Of a DNA stretch of 64,000 nucleotides, positions 49,771-63,675 are shown piece after piece. The stretch is from Podarcis cretensis (Eukaryota). Under the pieces are notes generated by a model. That model saw nothing but the letters and a program-made list of their open reading frames with translations, did no database searches and was not told the DNA's origin. The translations under genes were made by a program, and so were the position numbers. Every line of letters starts with the position of its first letter. Position 1 is the first letter of the stretch. The DNA is taken from contig OX638152.1 of assembly GCA_951804945.1 (NCBI GenBank), forward strand, positions 37,200,001 through 37,264,000, read 5' to 3'.

Positions 49771-50890
49771 CTATTGCAGTTAAGTGGCTCTGTGGGATGG
49801 TATGTTTACAAGCTTGCTTCTAACACAGTTTGTGGTTTTTAAGCAAAACAGTGTTTGAGATCACCTATTTTTGAAGACATTCATGTGACAGAAAATAACT
49901 CAGTTACTGGCTACAGTTACTGGTTGACATTATGAGAGAAAACTATTTCAAGACGGGCATAACTTGAAAACAAATGGGGTTGGGGTCTTCTTTCCAGAAG
50001 ACCTGGAAATGATACCTGAAAGCAGCAAAGGAATTATCTTTTTGTTAATTCCTCCTAATTTGCCATGGTAAGTGGAAGTTCATGTTCCAGCTAGAAAGTT
50101 GTGTCCTCTGTTGGGAACTAGAACAGCACGACAGCATGAAGTATCTCTAGCTTATATTTTAGTCTTTTCTAACAAAATCTTGTCTTTGCCAAAGTTCTGC
50201 TCTTCTTCCTTAATTTTCCTGTCTTTTCATTTTTATAGTAGGTGAAATACCAATCAAAGATGTGTAAGGAAATTATAATCTTCCAATATCATCTTCAGCA
50301 TGTCATCACTGCTAGAAGGATAATTATCTCCTAAGTGCTCATAACATTTGTACTCTAGGTGCCAATTCTTCCTTAAATGTCAGAAAAAATAATGTCACAA
50401 TGCAAGCAGTAATTACAGCATTGTTAGCATACTCCACATAGCATGTATAGGCAACTTGGGGGGTATTTGAGGGTGTTTGTTATTGTTTTTTCATTTTAAG
50501 TGATAGTGATTTATCTTTACTATGAAAAAATACTTTGTAATGCCTATCAAAACATCAAGTCTAACAACATGACACATACATCAGAATCATTCAAAATGCA
50601 GCCAGGGTATTGGCCAATCCACAACAGCTACAGAGAATGAATAGACCACCCTCATCAATATGACAAAACTACCAATGGATGGTGCAGAGAAGAAGAGATA
50701 TGGATTTCTGGCCAACACTTCCTCATTTTTTTATCCTTTCACCATATACGACCAAAGGTCACTCAAGCCCTAAGATGTAATTATCACCAGAGAGGCATCC
50801 AGAGAGGTCAAGCTGCTTGATAAAAATAAATTCACAGGCTACCAAGATCATTACGGTTTTAAACACCCTCACTACTACAGTTCACAACAA

Positions 50891-50968
50891 ACACACTAAT
50901 TGCTTTTAATGAAGGTTAGAGATTGTAAAACACACTAATTGCTTTTAATGAAGGTTAGAGATTGTAAA
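50891..50968. repeat. Perfect 39-bp tandem duplication
   Basis: ACACACTAATTGCTTTTAATGAAGGTTAGAGATTGTAAA at 50891-50929 and 50930-50968. Confidence 0.95.
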
Positions 50969-51270
50969 GCAATTAATTATATTTTTGAGGTTAAGGATGA
51001 TTTTATCTGGATGTTATTTTGAGACTATTGAATGATAATATTATATTTAGCTTAATTATAAAGTAAATCCAAACTTTTTCAGAGAGCCCCTATGCAAACC
51101 CATCTCATATATTTCCCACCAAAAGTGCCCCCACTCCCCAGCCACACCTCAATAGTGAGTGCCCATTAATGGGTGTAAATGAACATCTTACTAAAATCTG
51201 GGATTTAAATCTGTTGCATTGTTTTTTATTAATGCTTTTGCTATAAATGAAGTGATAATATACAACATAC

Positions 51271-51358
51271 CTGTGTAACTTTTATGTGATCATGTGGGGT
51301 GGGTTCACACAGTCCTGTCAGATCAGGATTATAACTTCTTCCATCTGGGTACAGATAG
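51271..51358 (-). CDS. CBLB: CBLB exon 8 equivalent
   Basis: atccag|C..CAG|gtatgt. (F)[29 protein letters not shown]; 88 nt. Confidence 0.97.
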
Positions 51359-51953
51359 CTGGATTACAAAGAAATAAAGTTTACAATTTTACATTGCTTC
51401 TAAATTTTTTAACATTTAATCACACAATGTGCACTAACATGTATATAGCTACAAGTTAAGAAAACCCAAACATATGGCTTTCCGAATGAATTTGATAAAA
51501 CTGGGACAAGTTCACAAGGTCATTAGACAACACAAATCACAATAGTTACACTTGAAAGCATTCTACCACCAAGATATTTATGAATGGTAAATTTAGATGA
51601 GGGTTCCAAAGGTTTTCTGACCCCACTCTAAGCATTTGCTTCCAACAACTTTTTCCATTTCCTCTTGCCATTCATTACAATATCCATGTTTATGTTGTTT
51701 TTCTATATGCACTATCTGCTGATAATTGTAGCCCATTTTTCATTTCATTGTCGCATATAAGTTCACCCTCACCTCTTCTCTTCTCATCTCCTTGTTTTAC
51801 TGTTAAGTCAGCAACATAGTCTCTAGTTTGCCTACATTTGGGACACTAAAGAAGAGTGTTTGTTTCCCTTTCCCTGCATGAAAATTATGAGCACTCATTG
51901 CAATAAAGATCTAATTTTATACTGAATAACTAAACACTGGTCAGACTGAAATA

Positions 51954-52179
51954 CAGTGGTACCTCGGGTTAAGTACTTAATTCATTCTGGAGGTCCGTTC
52001 TTAACCTGAAACTGTTCTTAACCTGAAGCACCACTTTAGCTAATGGGGCCTCCTGCTGCCACCGCGCCGCCAGAGCATGATTTCTGTTCTCATCCTGAAG
52101 CAAAGTTCTTAACCCGAGGTTCTATTTTTGGGTTAGCGGAGTCTGTAACCTGAAGCGTATGTAACCCGAGGTACCACTG
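51954..52179. mobile_element. Tc1/mariner MITE, family A
   Basis: TA-CAGTGGTACCTCGGGTTA...TAACCCGAGGTACCACTG-TA (18-bp perfect TIR). Confidence 0.92.
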
Positions 52180-52257
52180 TACATATCACTCTAAGGTGCA
52201 TCCCATCTGTCAAAGAACCAAGATTCTGTATTTAAAGTAGTAAACATTTATACTCAC

Positions 52258-52395
52258 AATCCCTCCCGGCTGCCATCAATCAGAGCTTGAAATAAAGGCT
52301 TATTATGAGGTATTGTCTGTAAAATATTTCCATCGCCAGTGACATATCCAATGGCCCACTGTCCTAGTCGAGTGCAGCTTAATCTGAAAATGTAG
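52258..52395 (-). CDS. CBLB: CBLB exon 7 equivalent (TKB SH2-like subdomain)
   Basis: ttatag|C..TT|gtgagt. (S)[45 protein letters not shown]; 138 nt. Confidence 0.98.
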
Positions 52396-52991
52396 CTATA
52401 AGGCAATGTTACAAAAACACACTTAACAACATATGAAAAGATCTCCTGGATCAAGCCAAAGGCCCATCTAACCCACTGCCCTCCATGTTGTTTCACCCTC
52501 AATTTCCATAAGCTCAAAAATATGATGGGAGATGTGGTCCAGCAACATCTGGAGGGCCAGAGGTTAACCATCTCTCCACTAAACCTACAGTATGTGGTGC
52601 CTATAGCCCACCCTCTACATGAAAAACATGGGTCCTGTTAAAAGTTAGGAAAACTTTCATTTAAAATTAGAAAGAGGGGTAATAATCCCCCCCAGTTCTG
52701 AAAGAAAGGTAAAAAAATCTGAAAGCAGCACATTTAAAAGGCTCAGCAGTTAAAACAAGGGATCTATGTTTATTAGACTTTACTATATTCACATAAGTGC
52801 ATTTTATAATTTTAAAATGCAAATTCAGTCAGGTGAGCAACACCAGGATTGCAGGTTTTTCCAGTGTAGCAGGGAATCTCATAAAATATACCAAGTGAAC
52901 ACTGGTCAAAATAGCACAAAGAGCAAAAGGTTTTACTGAACACAAAGGTCAAATGACCCTCTTCTAAGAAGTATTAGCAAAAATGTATTAC

Positions 52992-53113
52992 CTTCCTGGT
53001 TTGGTGCTGTATTTTTGTAACCGTGCTTTAACTTCATCATAAGTCAGAAATGCCATATATCCAGGATGCGTTACAGCTAGGAAGTTCCAGTTTCTTAATA
53101 TTGAACCCCAAGG
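52992..53113 (-). CDS. CBLB: CBLB exon 6 equivalent
   Basis: gtttag|CCT..AG|gtaata. [40 protein letters not shown]; 122 nt. Confidence 0.98.
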
Positions 53114-54538
53114 CTAAACACAAAGTGAAAAAAATACTGTATTTTTGTCCCATCTTTCCTCCAATCATTGTGGTGGCATACACTGCTATTTCCCCACTAC
53201 ACTTGTGACCATGTGGGGTAGATTAGGCTGAGAAAGAGGGCCAGCTTGAATGTAACAAGCTTACTAAAACATGCTTTTGTAAGTCAGGATTTTGTTCCAT
53301 AATTTGGTAAAGCAGGCAATGAGCTTCATGCCTGTGGGCTCCCTGCATTTCTCTCTGTGTTACTGGTTTCTGCCATGATTACTTTAAATCACAGTTTATC
53401 ATTTTGGAAATAAAGGGAAAGTGCTTTAAAGCAAGCATGATTTTTAAAAAACACTGAAACCAGCACATGAGGGGACGGGGAGCATGAGAACTGTATCCAT
53501 CTTAATAAATCATGGTTTATTAAGCCATGATATTTGTGTCTAAACCAGCACATAGTGACTGGGCCAAGGCCACTCAGTAAACTTCATGGCTAGATGTGAA
53601 ATTTTGCTCAGCTATTCTCAACATTCCAGACAGTCACCATATCAAAGTGTCTCACAATGTATGCAAGACATACTTCTGAAGTCTATAGAATTATTAACAT
53701 AATTCATTCAATGTACGTGATTAACTTTGATACAATTTAACTGGGGGAAACATGCCTAGGTTCATAGCAGGTGAAGAAAAGCCTACTGTCAGCTAAATAT
53801 AAACTGTTGCTCCTCATGAAGCAGCTATCAAAATTTTGATCTTCAATCAAAACTATTTCTCTCTCTCTCTTTATATACTGCCTTTAATAAAAATAATATT
53901 AACATGATTCACAATACAATAAAACAATGCAATAAAACATAATAGAAAGCTGTAGTACCCAACATCAGGGGCCCAAGAATACAGCAGCAATTTCTATAAT
54001 CTTACCTAGTGTTAAGTATGCAATTTATCACAGCAGTGATGCATAGTAATATACTAAACCTGCCAACTATTGTTATTTGGAGGTATATAGAGTTCAAGAA
54101 TATAAACAGATCCTATCTCATATTCCCATACCCAGATGTTTAGTTTGTCTGAGTCTTTAAGCTGCCCTCATAAAGGGAAGAATTTTTTTCTTTTCTCATC
54201 TGTACTCTCTCCTTACAACATTATATTTATTGTGAAGGTGAGGAAAAAAAAGTAATAGAGGAGCTCTAAGCATAATAAGCAAACTGGGTTTTTTATTTAA
54301 AAAGTTAAGCCAAAGATAATTCACACAAATAAAGTTTCTACGTTAAACCAAGCCTCAGCTTTTATTCAGTTTTAATCAGACTTTTTTCTTGACATTTTCT
54401 CTGAACAAAATGTGGCAAAGATTTTTGTTTTTAACTGAACAAAATGGCATATTGACTTCAACAATTAGTGAATGCTTTGTAGGGTTTAAAGAAACATACT
54501 TGGTTGTAGACAACATAGGAAGAGGATGTTCAATATTA

Positions 54539-54769
<231 letters not shown>

Positions 54770-57165
54770 TCACATCCTGTAAAATCAGAGCCATGTAGGT
54801 TCATGATAACACATCATGTTCGCTTACAACTCCAGGTAAAGGGCTACCAGCAATCTTCTTCTGGCAACACCATGGCCAGGGGCGAGGAGAGAAGATAGAT
54901 GATGGCAGGAATTGGTGTCTGAACAGCGCAGCAAGATTTTAAGTTGGCACCGGGGGGAGGGGAGAGCACCATTCAAGGTCTACTTCATGGGGCAAAATTA
55001 CTTGTGTCAGCACTGTACATGGCTCTGTGTCTAGGTAAAGGATACACAAAGGCATGGATATGTGCCTTTGGTGGTGGCAAGCCACACTTTGGAACATACT
55101 GGAAATATACCTGGCCAATTCCTTTTTGTAAAAAATAGATTGCCCAGAAAAAAACATTTAATACTGGTTCACAGCCCTTTAAATAATGTGCAGATTTTGG
55201 AGGCTTCTTAAAATTGGTATCTTCACATAATTCTTTTCAAAATATTTTCCACTTGTATGATGACATTATCATTCCTGTGCTTTCCAGTTTATAGGAATGA
55301 GTACTATTGCTCAGATCCCAGAATGCATCACCCACAAACGAGAGGCAGCAATACATTTGGGGAAGCCCCGAGGTTTGCAGAAGGAAAAGAAACTGAAAGT
55401 AGGGAAGGGGAGAACCCAACACAGCACCAAGGACTCAGTGAACACTGAAGGATGACTGACTATTGAGGGAGGATGGAAAACTGGATGGAAGGAGAAAGCA
55501 ATGGAGCATCCTGGGTGAACTGGCTGACTGAAGGAAACACTGTACAAGAGCAGCTGACATTGCAAAATTGTTTCATGTCCCATTTGCTATTCTTGTTATT
55601 TGTTCACACTTCAACTGTCTCTCTGACAATAGAGTAACTAAAGTGCTAAATAGATAGATAACAATTATTTAATTGAAAATGTGGACTACAGGGGAAAATA
55701 TTGCTATTGGCTTCAAAGTTAATATCCCCACCTTTAAATAATATTTAAAAATAGCTCAAACCAGGAAGATGCTGCCCATCATGATTCATATCCAGACAGT
55801 AGCTAAATGCTAAATTTTAGCAATAAGCTTTCTGAAGTCTTAGTGCCATCTCAGCAAATTTCCCAGCTAATATATAGTGTAGATTTTTTTTCCTTTTGAT
55901 TTATTACCACATGTATTCTTTCCTAATATACCCAGATGTTTCAATAATGCAACTTGCTGAAAGACAAGTAGGTAGATAGTTTGTAGGGTGTGAGGTTTTG
56001 AAGAGCCTATACTCAAATAGTTACAGTCACAGATCTGCCATAAGCAATCTTGCCAAAGGAATTTCCTACCTTGAAGCAAAAATAGCTCACAGGGAGTGGC
56101 TGTGTAAGAACTCTGTGGTAAACTTCACAGAATGAAATTTTAGATGGGATCAAACTCGCAGAGGTGAGCAGGTTCATTAATATATGTATTACACAGAAAT
56201 TAGCTTCAGTCTTCCAGATCATGCTGAATTTCAACACAACCTTCAGCACTAAATAAGGTCATAATCACTTTTCCTAGTACAATAAAGGCACATTTTCTTA
56301 CTTGTGCAATGTCAACATGTTATCTTATGTATGGTCTGTTGTTTTTCAGGGGTGTTATATTTTCTGAGAATTTTAATACAGTATTTTTGTGCATCAGGAA
56401 ATGTAATACTTAGATAACACCTATCATGATAACTGTGGAATACTCAAATTTATTACCTTATAAAACCTGTTATCAATAATCACAAACCCACTCCCACCAT
56501 TTGAATACAGCTACTGAAAATGGACCTTTCTGTCCAAGCCTTCCTCAATTGCTGACCGCTAGAATGTACAGCTTCATATTGTTAGTTTCAATATTGTTAG
56601 TTTTCGTAATCTAATTTTCCTTTTGAACTTTTTATATCTTATTATATCTTTTGATTTTCCTTTTGAACTTTTATATCAATTACCTGAATATCAATATTGA
56701 GTTTTATTGTGGTTTTTTTGAGTCTCTGACTCCTTACTGTAATCTGCTTCAAGATATACAATTATATAGCAAATTGGTCTAGAAACAAAGGCTTCAATGC
56801 AAGCAGCAAAAGACGTGTTGTGAATTTCACTGAGTACAAGCTTAACATGCCTACTGTGTGGTGGTGAGGGGGTGTCTCACTTCTCCTCCCCCATTGCATC
56901 CTCAAGTAACTGTCCAGCACACCTTCTTTGTATTGTCTGGGGTCTGTTAACATCTACTTCAGGCAATTAAGTCTGTTATGAATAGTTTGCAAGGCACTTT
57001 AGCCACATCTGGTCAAAACCTTACGTGACAAGTGTCTCTTATGTACTTGTCCTTATACATAAATGTTAAAAGGATACTAAAAATGGGGGGGGGGGAGAGA
57101 CTTCAGGACATCCTTGGGAATCATATACAACACAAAAAAACTTTTGCAAAATTGACTATACTTAC

Positions 57166-57312
57166 TTCTCACCGAAAAATTTCTTCCAGAATTCTGCAGC
57201 ATCAGCTTTTGTGATACGAAAGTTGTCACCCTGGAACTGACCATTAGGAAAGATTGCCTTGATTTCTGCAAGCATGTGACTGAAGATGAGGGACAGCTTT
57301 GTAAGATTTCGC
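57166..57312 (-). CDS. CBLB: CBLB exon 4 equivalent (TKB four-helix bundle end); upstream exons outside the window
   Basis: tgaaag|G..AA|gtaagt. [48 protein letters not shown]; 147 nt. Confidence 0.97.
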
Positions 57313-59784
57313 CTTTCAATGAAATAAAACAGGGGGTAAACTAAGCAAAATATACCTAAGAATTCTCTTGTTTGAAAGGAAAATGAAGACCTAAATTTCA
57401 AAAATTCAAAAAGCAACATGTGTCCCATGTTTTCTTATTTTTAAGACCACATTCATACAATTAAACAGTGCTTTAGAAAACATTTGCTAAATAATAATGC
57501 CACTTCTTGGGTACATTTTAAGGATTTAAATAAAAACAAAAGACGTATATTAAATTTGATAAATTGTTTATGTAGATTCAAAAGTCTTCAGTAAGGGAAG
57601 TCACTGTACTTTAAAAGGTGAAATATAGCCATATTCAATGCAGTTGTTTCATAAAACTGTTGAGGTTATGTCATAAGAAACAGCAAAAATTGATAGCTCT
57701 ATTGTTACAAAACAATGCCTCAAGTAGCCACTGTAGGCAATCAGCACCATATAAGAGAAGATTTATAAGACATAGTAAGACAAAGGAAAACAACTTGTTG
57801 ATACTTATTGAATGATATCCAGGGAAATCAACTGGTTTTACAAAAGGAAGTGGAATTTATTTTAAACCACACATTAAGTTATTCTAAGGGCAAAACTGCT
57901 TTTCACAAAGTTCTTTCTAGCATAGATTTATTTAATGTACGCATAACATTAAATTTCACATTCCTTCCTGCAGAGGCACAGTTTACTTTCAAATAAAAAT
58001 GAAACATGTTCCAGGTGTACAAAAAGAAATGCAGGCAAAAATACTTTACTAGCCCATTTACTAATGTCCACATGCATGTCACAGGTCAGATAGTGAGCCC
58101 AGAGAGCTTCTTGCTTTGATAAAAATTGCTAATTGTCTTAGGCAAGTAGCAAATTACAAGGTTGGCCTTGATCTCAGCTTTTCAACAGCCTGCAGTTTTC
58201 AGTGATTAACACACAGGGAAGCTTCACAGACTTGTATTTTTCAATGTACATAGTACTTTACACGCAGTAACAATAGCAAGGAAACAGAAAAATTCTGACC
58301 CCAGGGAGCACATAGTCAAAATCTGGGAACCATTCAGAAACTGGAAAAGCAAGGTTGACATTTTAATGTCCCATGAGGATTTGAGTGATGTTACATTGGG
58401 CGTATTGTGATTAATTAAAGTGACAGGCAGCTCAGAGACACAAACCCTGAACAGGGAGGCACAAGTCTGGCATCAGAGTGAGACCCTGACAGATGGCCAA
58501 TGATGCCTCTCCTGTGTGCGTTCGAACATATATTTCTCTCCAAACTAGCACACTTTTCTTATTCAAAGTAGTCTGTGATATGTCGTTGATATTTGAAGTG
58601 TATGTATTATTAACTTTGTAGTGTTCTTCCTTTTCGTTCTTGTGTAAATTCTATTCTTTAATCAAGTTGTATTTTTAAAAAAGTCATCTTGGTCCACTAA
58701 GAAAAGGAAAAGTGCTAAGACACGTCCTAAACAATGCTTGTACCAGAAACTCAGTATTAATGAAATATCTTACTACCCAGGAAAGGTTCTGGAGCTGCCT
58801 GAGCCCCAAAGGCAAATTTAATGCACATATTCTGGTAATGCTCAAAATTGTGTCTGACAATATCCAAATGTAAACCAAAACCCAACCCTCCAATTCAGTA
58901 ACTGTCATACCAAACTGAGCAACAGTATCTTCAAAGGTGCCCAAATCAATGAATTTTGGAAAGATTTGATTCATCATCTTGATTCAAAAGGGTATCCAAT
59001 GGTTTCCAAACACAGACCCAAATCTACCCCTCTAGCTCGGGAACTGTTGTATCAAAATGGTGCCATTTGTAAAGGTTTGTCCCACCGTTTTGATTCAAAA
59101 TGGTATCCAGTGGTTTCAAAATGTAGACAAAAACAGCTCTATCTTGGGAACCGTCTATGTGACAATACATCAAGAGGCACCCAAGTTCATAAAGGATAAA
59201 CTACTTTCCAAAATATATAGTAGATAAACAACATAATTAAACAACTTAGTTAAACTCAGATAGAAAAGGGGTGAGAAACAACTAGGTAGTGAATAAGTGA
59301 TATCAGTGACTAGATCTTCAGCCTATGTAAGCACAAACAACTATTTCTAAATGTCAACCATGGCATGCCCTGACCCGCTCTAACAGCTAGAATTTCCCCC
59401 GAAAGTGTGTAACCATCATCTCCTACTTGTAGATGAAAACCACTGCATCTTGTTTGTAACCTCAGCAGATAAGATAAATGATCTGTTATCTTTCCCCTGA
59501 CAACCTCTTAATATTTTCTCTTTAATATTCTACTCTAGGCTAAACTTACTCAGTTTCTTTAGCTCTTCTTAAGATTTGCCTTTGAAACATTTATAGTCTT
59601 TTAGAACTCATCTACTATATTGTTTCCAATTTGCCAAAAATATACACAGCTCCACGTGGTATTCCAGATGTGGTCATAATTTGAAAGGATGCTCTTTTCC
59701 TTCCTTGTAATGCCCCACCCAGAAAGCACTAGAAACTCCAATGAAACACAGATGAAAATGTATCTGCATGCACAGACCCTAGAA

Positions 59785-59920
59785 CAGGCATAAGCAAACT
59801 TGGCCCTCCAGGTGTTTTGGGACTATAACTCCCATCATCCCTGACCACTGGTCCTGTTAGTTAGGGATGGTGGGAGCTGTAGTCCCAAAACATCTGGAGG
59901 GCCGAGTTTGCCTATGCCTG
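59785..59920. mobile_element. hAT-type palindromic MITE
   Basis: TIRs CAGGCATA(A/G)GCAAACT / AGTTTGCCTATGCCTG. Perfect 8-bp TSD CCCTAGAA at 59777-59784 and 59921-59928. Confidence 0.92.
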
Positions 59921-60164
59921 CCCTAGAACAAGTGTTTCTGATCAGACCACAAGCCAAGCTGGTACTCAGGAAAGGGTGGGGAAGAGACTTCAGAGCAGGA
60001 GAAAGGACAGCTTCCTCCCCCGCCACTCACCCCTAAACCTGTTTGTCCATAAATCAAAGGGGGGCAGTTATTCAGCTTCAACAAAGCTCTTGATACCTAT
60101 CTTTAATATTCATGCCTATGTAATGCATTTTAGCAACACATTACCTAAATATGCCAATAAAGTA

Positions 60165-60403
60165 CAGTGGCACCTTCGGTTTACAAACTTAATCTGTTCT
60201 GGAAGTCCATTCTTAAACCGAAACCGTTCTTAAACCAAGGCGCAGTTTCCCTAATGAGGCCTCCTGCCGGTGCCCTTCCACTATTCGGATTCCATTCTTA
60301 GACCGAGGTAAAGTGTGCAAACCGGGACACTACTTCTGGTTTTGTGGAGTTCGTAAACCGAATCATTCATAAACAGGACTGTTCTTAAACCAAGGCACCA
60401 CTG
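60165..60403. mobile_element. Tc1/mariner MITE, family C (distant relative of family A)
   Basis: TA-CAGTGGCACCTT...AAGGCACCACTG-TA; internal TTCTTAAACCG repeats. Confidence 0.85.
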
Positions 60404-61029
60404 TATAGTGGATGCAATTCAAGGAACCCGCACTAGCCTACAGAGAACACACATCTAGGGGCAATAGCTTTCAGCATGCAATCACTTTCCTTTAGTCCTG
60501 GTGTTTGCAGCTTAGCTTTGAAGCAGACTTTAACTTGACAAATATACTGTAACAGGTTCTCTTTAAATACCTTCTTCCCAGACTCCAGCTCTGGTCAGGA
60601 TGGGACTCACATCTATCCTCCCTTCTCCCCTCAGTCAGGTGTTGTTTGTGCTCTGTACTGACCAATTAAATCATTTTATTTCACCCTACTACAACCACAA
60701 CCTGAAATAATATACTGTGGGCAGGAAGGAGGAGAGCACCAACATACATGAATAAATACCTTTAAAATACTTTAAATAAGGTATCTGCAACAAAACGTCC
60801 CTGTGTGTTCAAGCCTTCAATAAAAGGGTTCATGTTCAATACACAAGTCAGTCTGGAATTCATAGGGTAGAGTGGGGAATCCCAGGAGGGACAAAAAGGC
60901 CAGTTTTTCTTCACACCCTCTCCTAACCTGTCAATGGATTCTCAAGTAACTTCTGTGGCCCGGAGTTACTATCCTCTAGCTTAGGCAGGTTTGAGAGCTA
61001 CAGCTATTCTGGACTGGAATAGATGGGAC

Positions 61030-61360
61030 TTCAGTTGTCCATGCTCTGGTGACCTGCTTAGATTACTGTAATATACTCTTTTGTGGGGCTGGCCTGAAAG
61101 TCTGGAGGCTGCAGCTAGCGCAGAATATGACTGCTTGGTTGGTAAGTGGGTCAGCCTTATGGGGTCATGTGTCAGCAATCCTGAATCATGCACTGGGTAT
61201 GCAATTGTATTTAAATGTTTTTATATGTTCTATATGTTTTCAAATATGTTTTTATTTTATTTTAAATTGCATTGTTTTATCATTTTGGTGTTTGCTTCCT
61301 TCCTTGGGCTCCTTTGAGTGGAAAGACAGGATACAAATTAATACTAATAAAATAAAATAC
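61030..61360 (+). mobile_element. L2 LINE remnant (ORF2 C-terminus and 3' end)
   Basis: VHALVT.LDYCNIL..GLKVWRLQLAQNMTAWLVSG matches the L2 pattern VHALVTSRLDYCN.L..GLP...LQLVQNAAARL; AATAAA-rich tail. Confidence 0.75.
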
Positions 61361-63433
61361 AGCTGCAATGAGGCAGAAGCAAAAAGAATAGAAACAGAAT
61401 TATCTAACTGCAAAAGTCTAGTTTTATTTTAAGGAGGTACCAAAATACCATCGGAGATAGTGCCTGTCTAAATTTTGTGTGTGTGTTTGTATAAAATAAG
61501 TACTACAGATTACATTTAACTTTCTAATGAAATAATGGGTTCTTATTACAACTCAGTATTTTGATCTATATATCATGAAAGGCACATATGTCTTACAAAG
61601 CTATTTCAGGACCAAAATCCCACTATTCTGTACTATTTTCACCTGTATGTTTCCCATCTTCACACATATGAAGTGCTCTGTCTTTTCTTAATATCATTCT
61701 GAAGACTTCAAAAGTGAAAGGAAATAATGGAGCAAGTTTTCCTTTCATCATAAGCATCTTGTTGAATACTGCTCTTCAGTAATGAGCTTGTAGCACTGAT
61801 TAAAGTGGAAAATAGTAGTTTTCTTTCTTTTCATAAAGCTGAAAGGAAAACCCTCCTACACTCTCCTTCTCAAGACTGAATCCCCACTTTGTTGCTCAAG
61901 CATCTTGCTCACATTATGGAACCTTTTTTTACAGATACAGAATCTCCCACACAACTTCTCACAACACTAATTTCTTATAAGCCATATTACTCAATGTAAG
62001 ACTGGAGAGAAGGCCTGATCTCCCCATGAGGCTATGGGCATTTTCATTAAGGTATTGGTATGAGTAATACAACTAGATAATCCAAACTCAGCGCAAGCAT
62101 TCAGCACGGTAACATTGCTGGCCCATTTGGTCTCTTACCATGTCAAATTATAATTGGCCAGTACAAGCCACTACCTCTGAGCCACTCACCTTCTTCTCAA
62201 ATAATCACAGGAAATAAGACAGGAAATCTATTATCAATAGACTGCAACTTGTTTAACTGTGGGCATTAGTCATACAAGGTAATAATCAGACACAGGTCTA
62301 CATGCTGCAAAAGTATTTCGCTTGACTGTTAAATGATGTGCTACTTGAGAATGCCTACCAACTTTAAATATTCATACACAACAAATATTCCACTTTTTTC
62401 AAATCATGATAAAAGCTGTGAATAAGGCACTTGCTTTATTTCCATTTCACTAATCTTCATATAAACTTCGTCTTCTTCTATTCCAAAGCGAACATGTCAA
62501 AAACAAAATTTCCCAAGCAGCACGTTTGTTTGGGAGGAATATCTATGTATCCCATTTACCAAGAGTATCTATGTATTCACAGTGTCAGAGCCAACACAGC
62601 TTACTAAGCAGTTCCCAACATCTTGATTTCCTGACTATTATGAAAATGGTTCAGATACGAGTCTTCAAACTCACAAGGCATAGTGTCTACAGTTGAAAGG
62701 GCAAACTATACCAGAACTCAAGTGAAAGATGTGTAAGCTGCAATATGCTACCAATAATTTAAGTCAGTATGACCATTTTTCTTCTGAAAGCTGCAGTGCA
62801 TTATATTCCCATACACTCTTTCCTCAGATTCAAAAGCCCACAAATAGCGTGTATAAATGAGTTACATCAGATGCTTAAGATGGAAGAAATAACGACTAGA
62901 GAAAAAGCTACAAGAAACGTATGCAGGTAATTAGAAATTCCACTGCAGTAGGAATCCCATGTCCAACCACAAATTATATGTCTATGAAAAAATATTCTGT
63001 GGGCCTGCAGAATGCTCACACTCTTCATTTGTTCAAAACGCTGCTACTGCTGAATTTGCATTTTGCTAAGCCATTCCTGCCTATCATTTACCTGCAGTGG
63101 AGTTGCTTCCAACAGCGCCACTTTTCCAGCTTAAGATTTCAGAAACCTGTATAGGCTTGATACACTTATCTTCACACTACAGGTCTATACTGCTAAGACC
63201 CAAATACATTCCACTAATTTGTTCTAGGCAAGGTTTTTCGGTTTATTATTTTATTGTTATTTTAAATATATCTATCTTTAAAGAACCCACTGAATTCAAG
63301 GGACTTACCTGGGAATAAGTCCTACTGCACTAAATGAGAGTTTCTTCTGAGACATGCACGTAATTGTGCTGCTATGCTATCAAAGGGAACAAAATGTTCA
63401 GATCTCTACATGCAATGGAAGGCCAATTCTATA

Positions 63434-63675
63434 CAGTGGTACCTCGGGTTACATACGCTTCAGGTTACATACGCTTCAGGTTACACACTCCACTAAGCCA
63501 GAAATAGTGCTTCAGGTTAAGAACTTTGCTTCAGGATAAGAACAGAAATTGTGCTCCGGCGGCACGGCGGCAGCAGGAGGCCCCATTAGCTAAAGTGGTG
63601 CTTCAGGGTAAGTACAGTTTCAGGTTAAGAACGGACCTCCGGAATGAATTAAGTACTTAACCCGAGGTACCACTG
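63434..63675. mobile_element. Tc1/mariner MITE, family A
   Basis: TA-CAGTGGTACCTCGGGTTA...TAACCCGAGGTACCACTG-TA. Confidence 0.92.
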
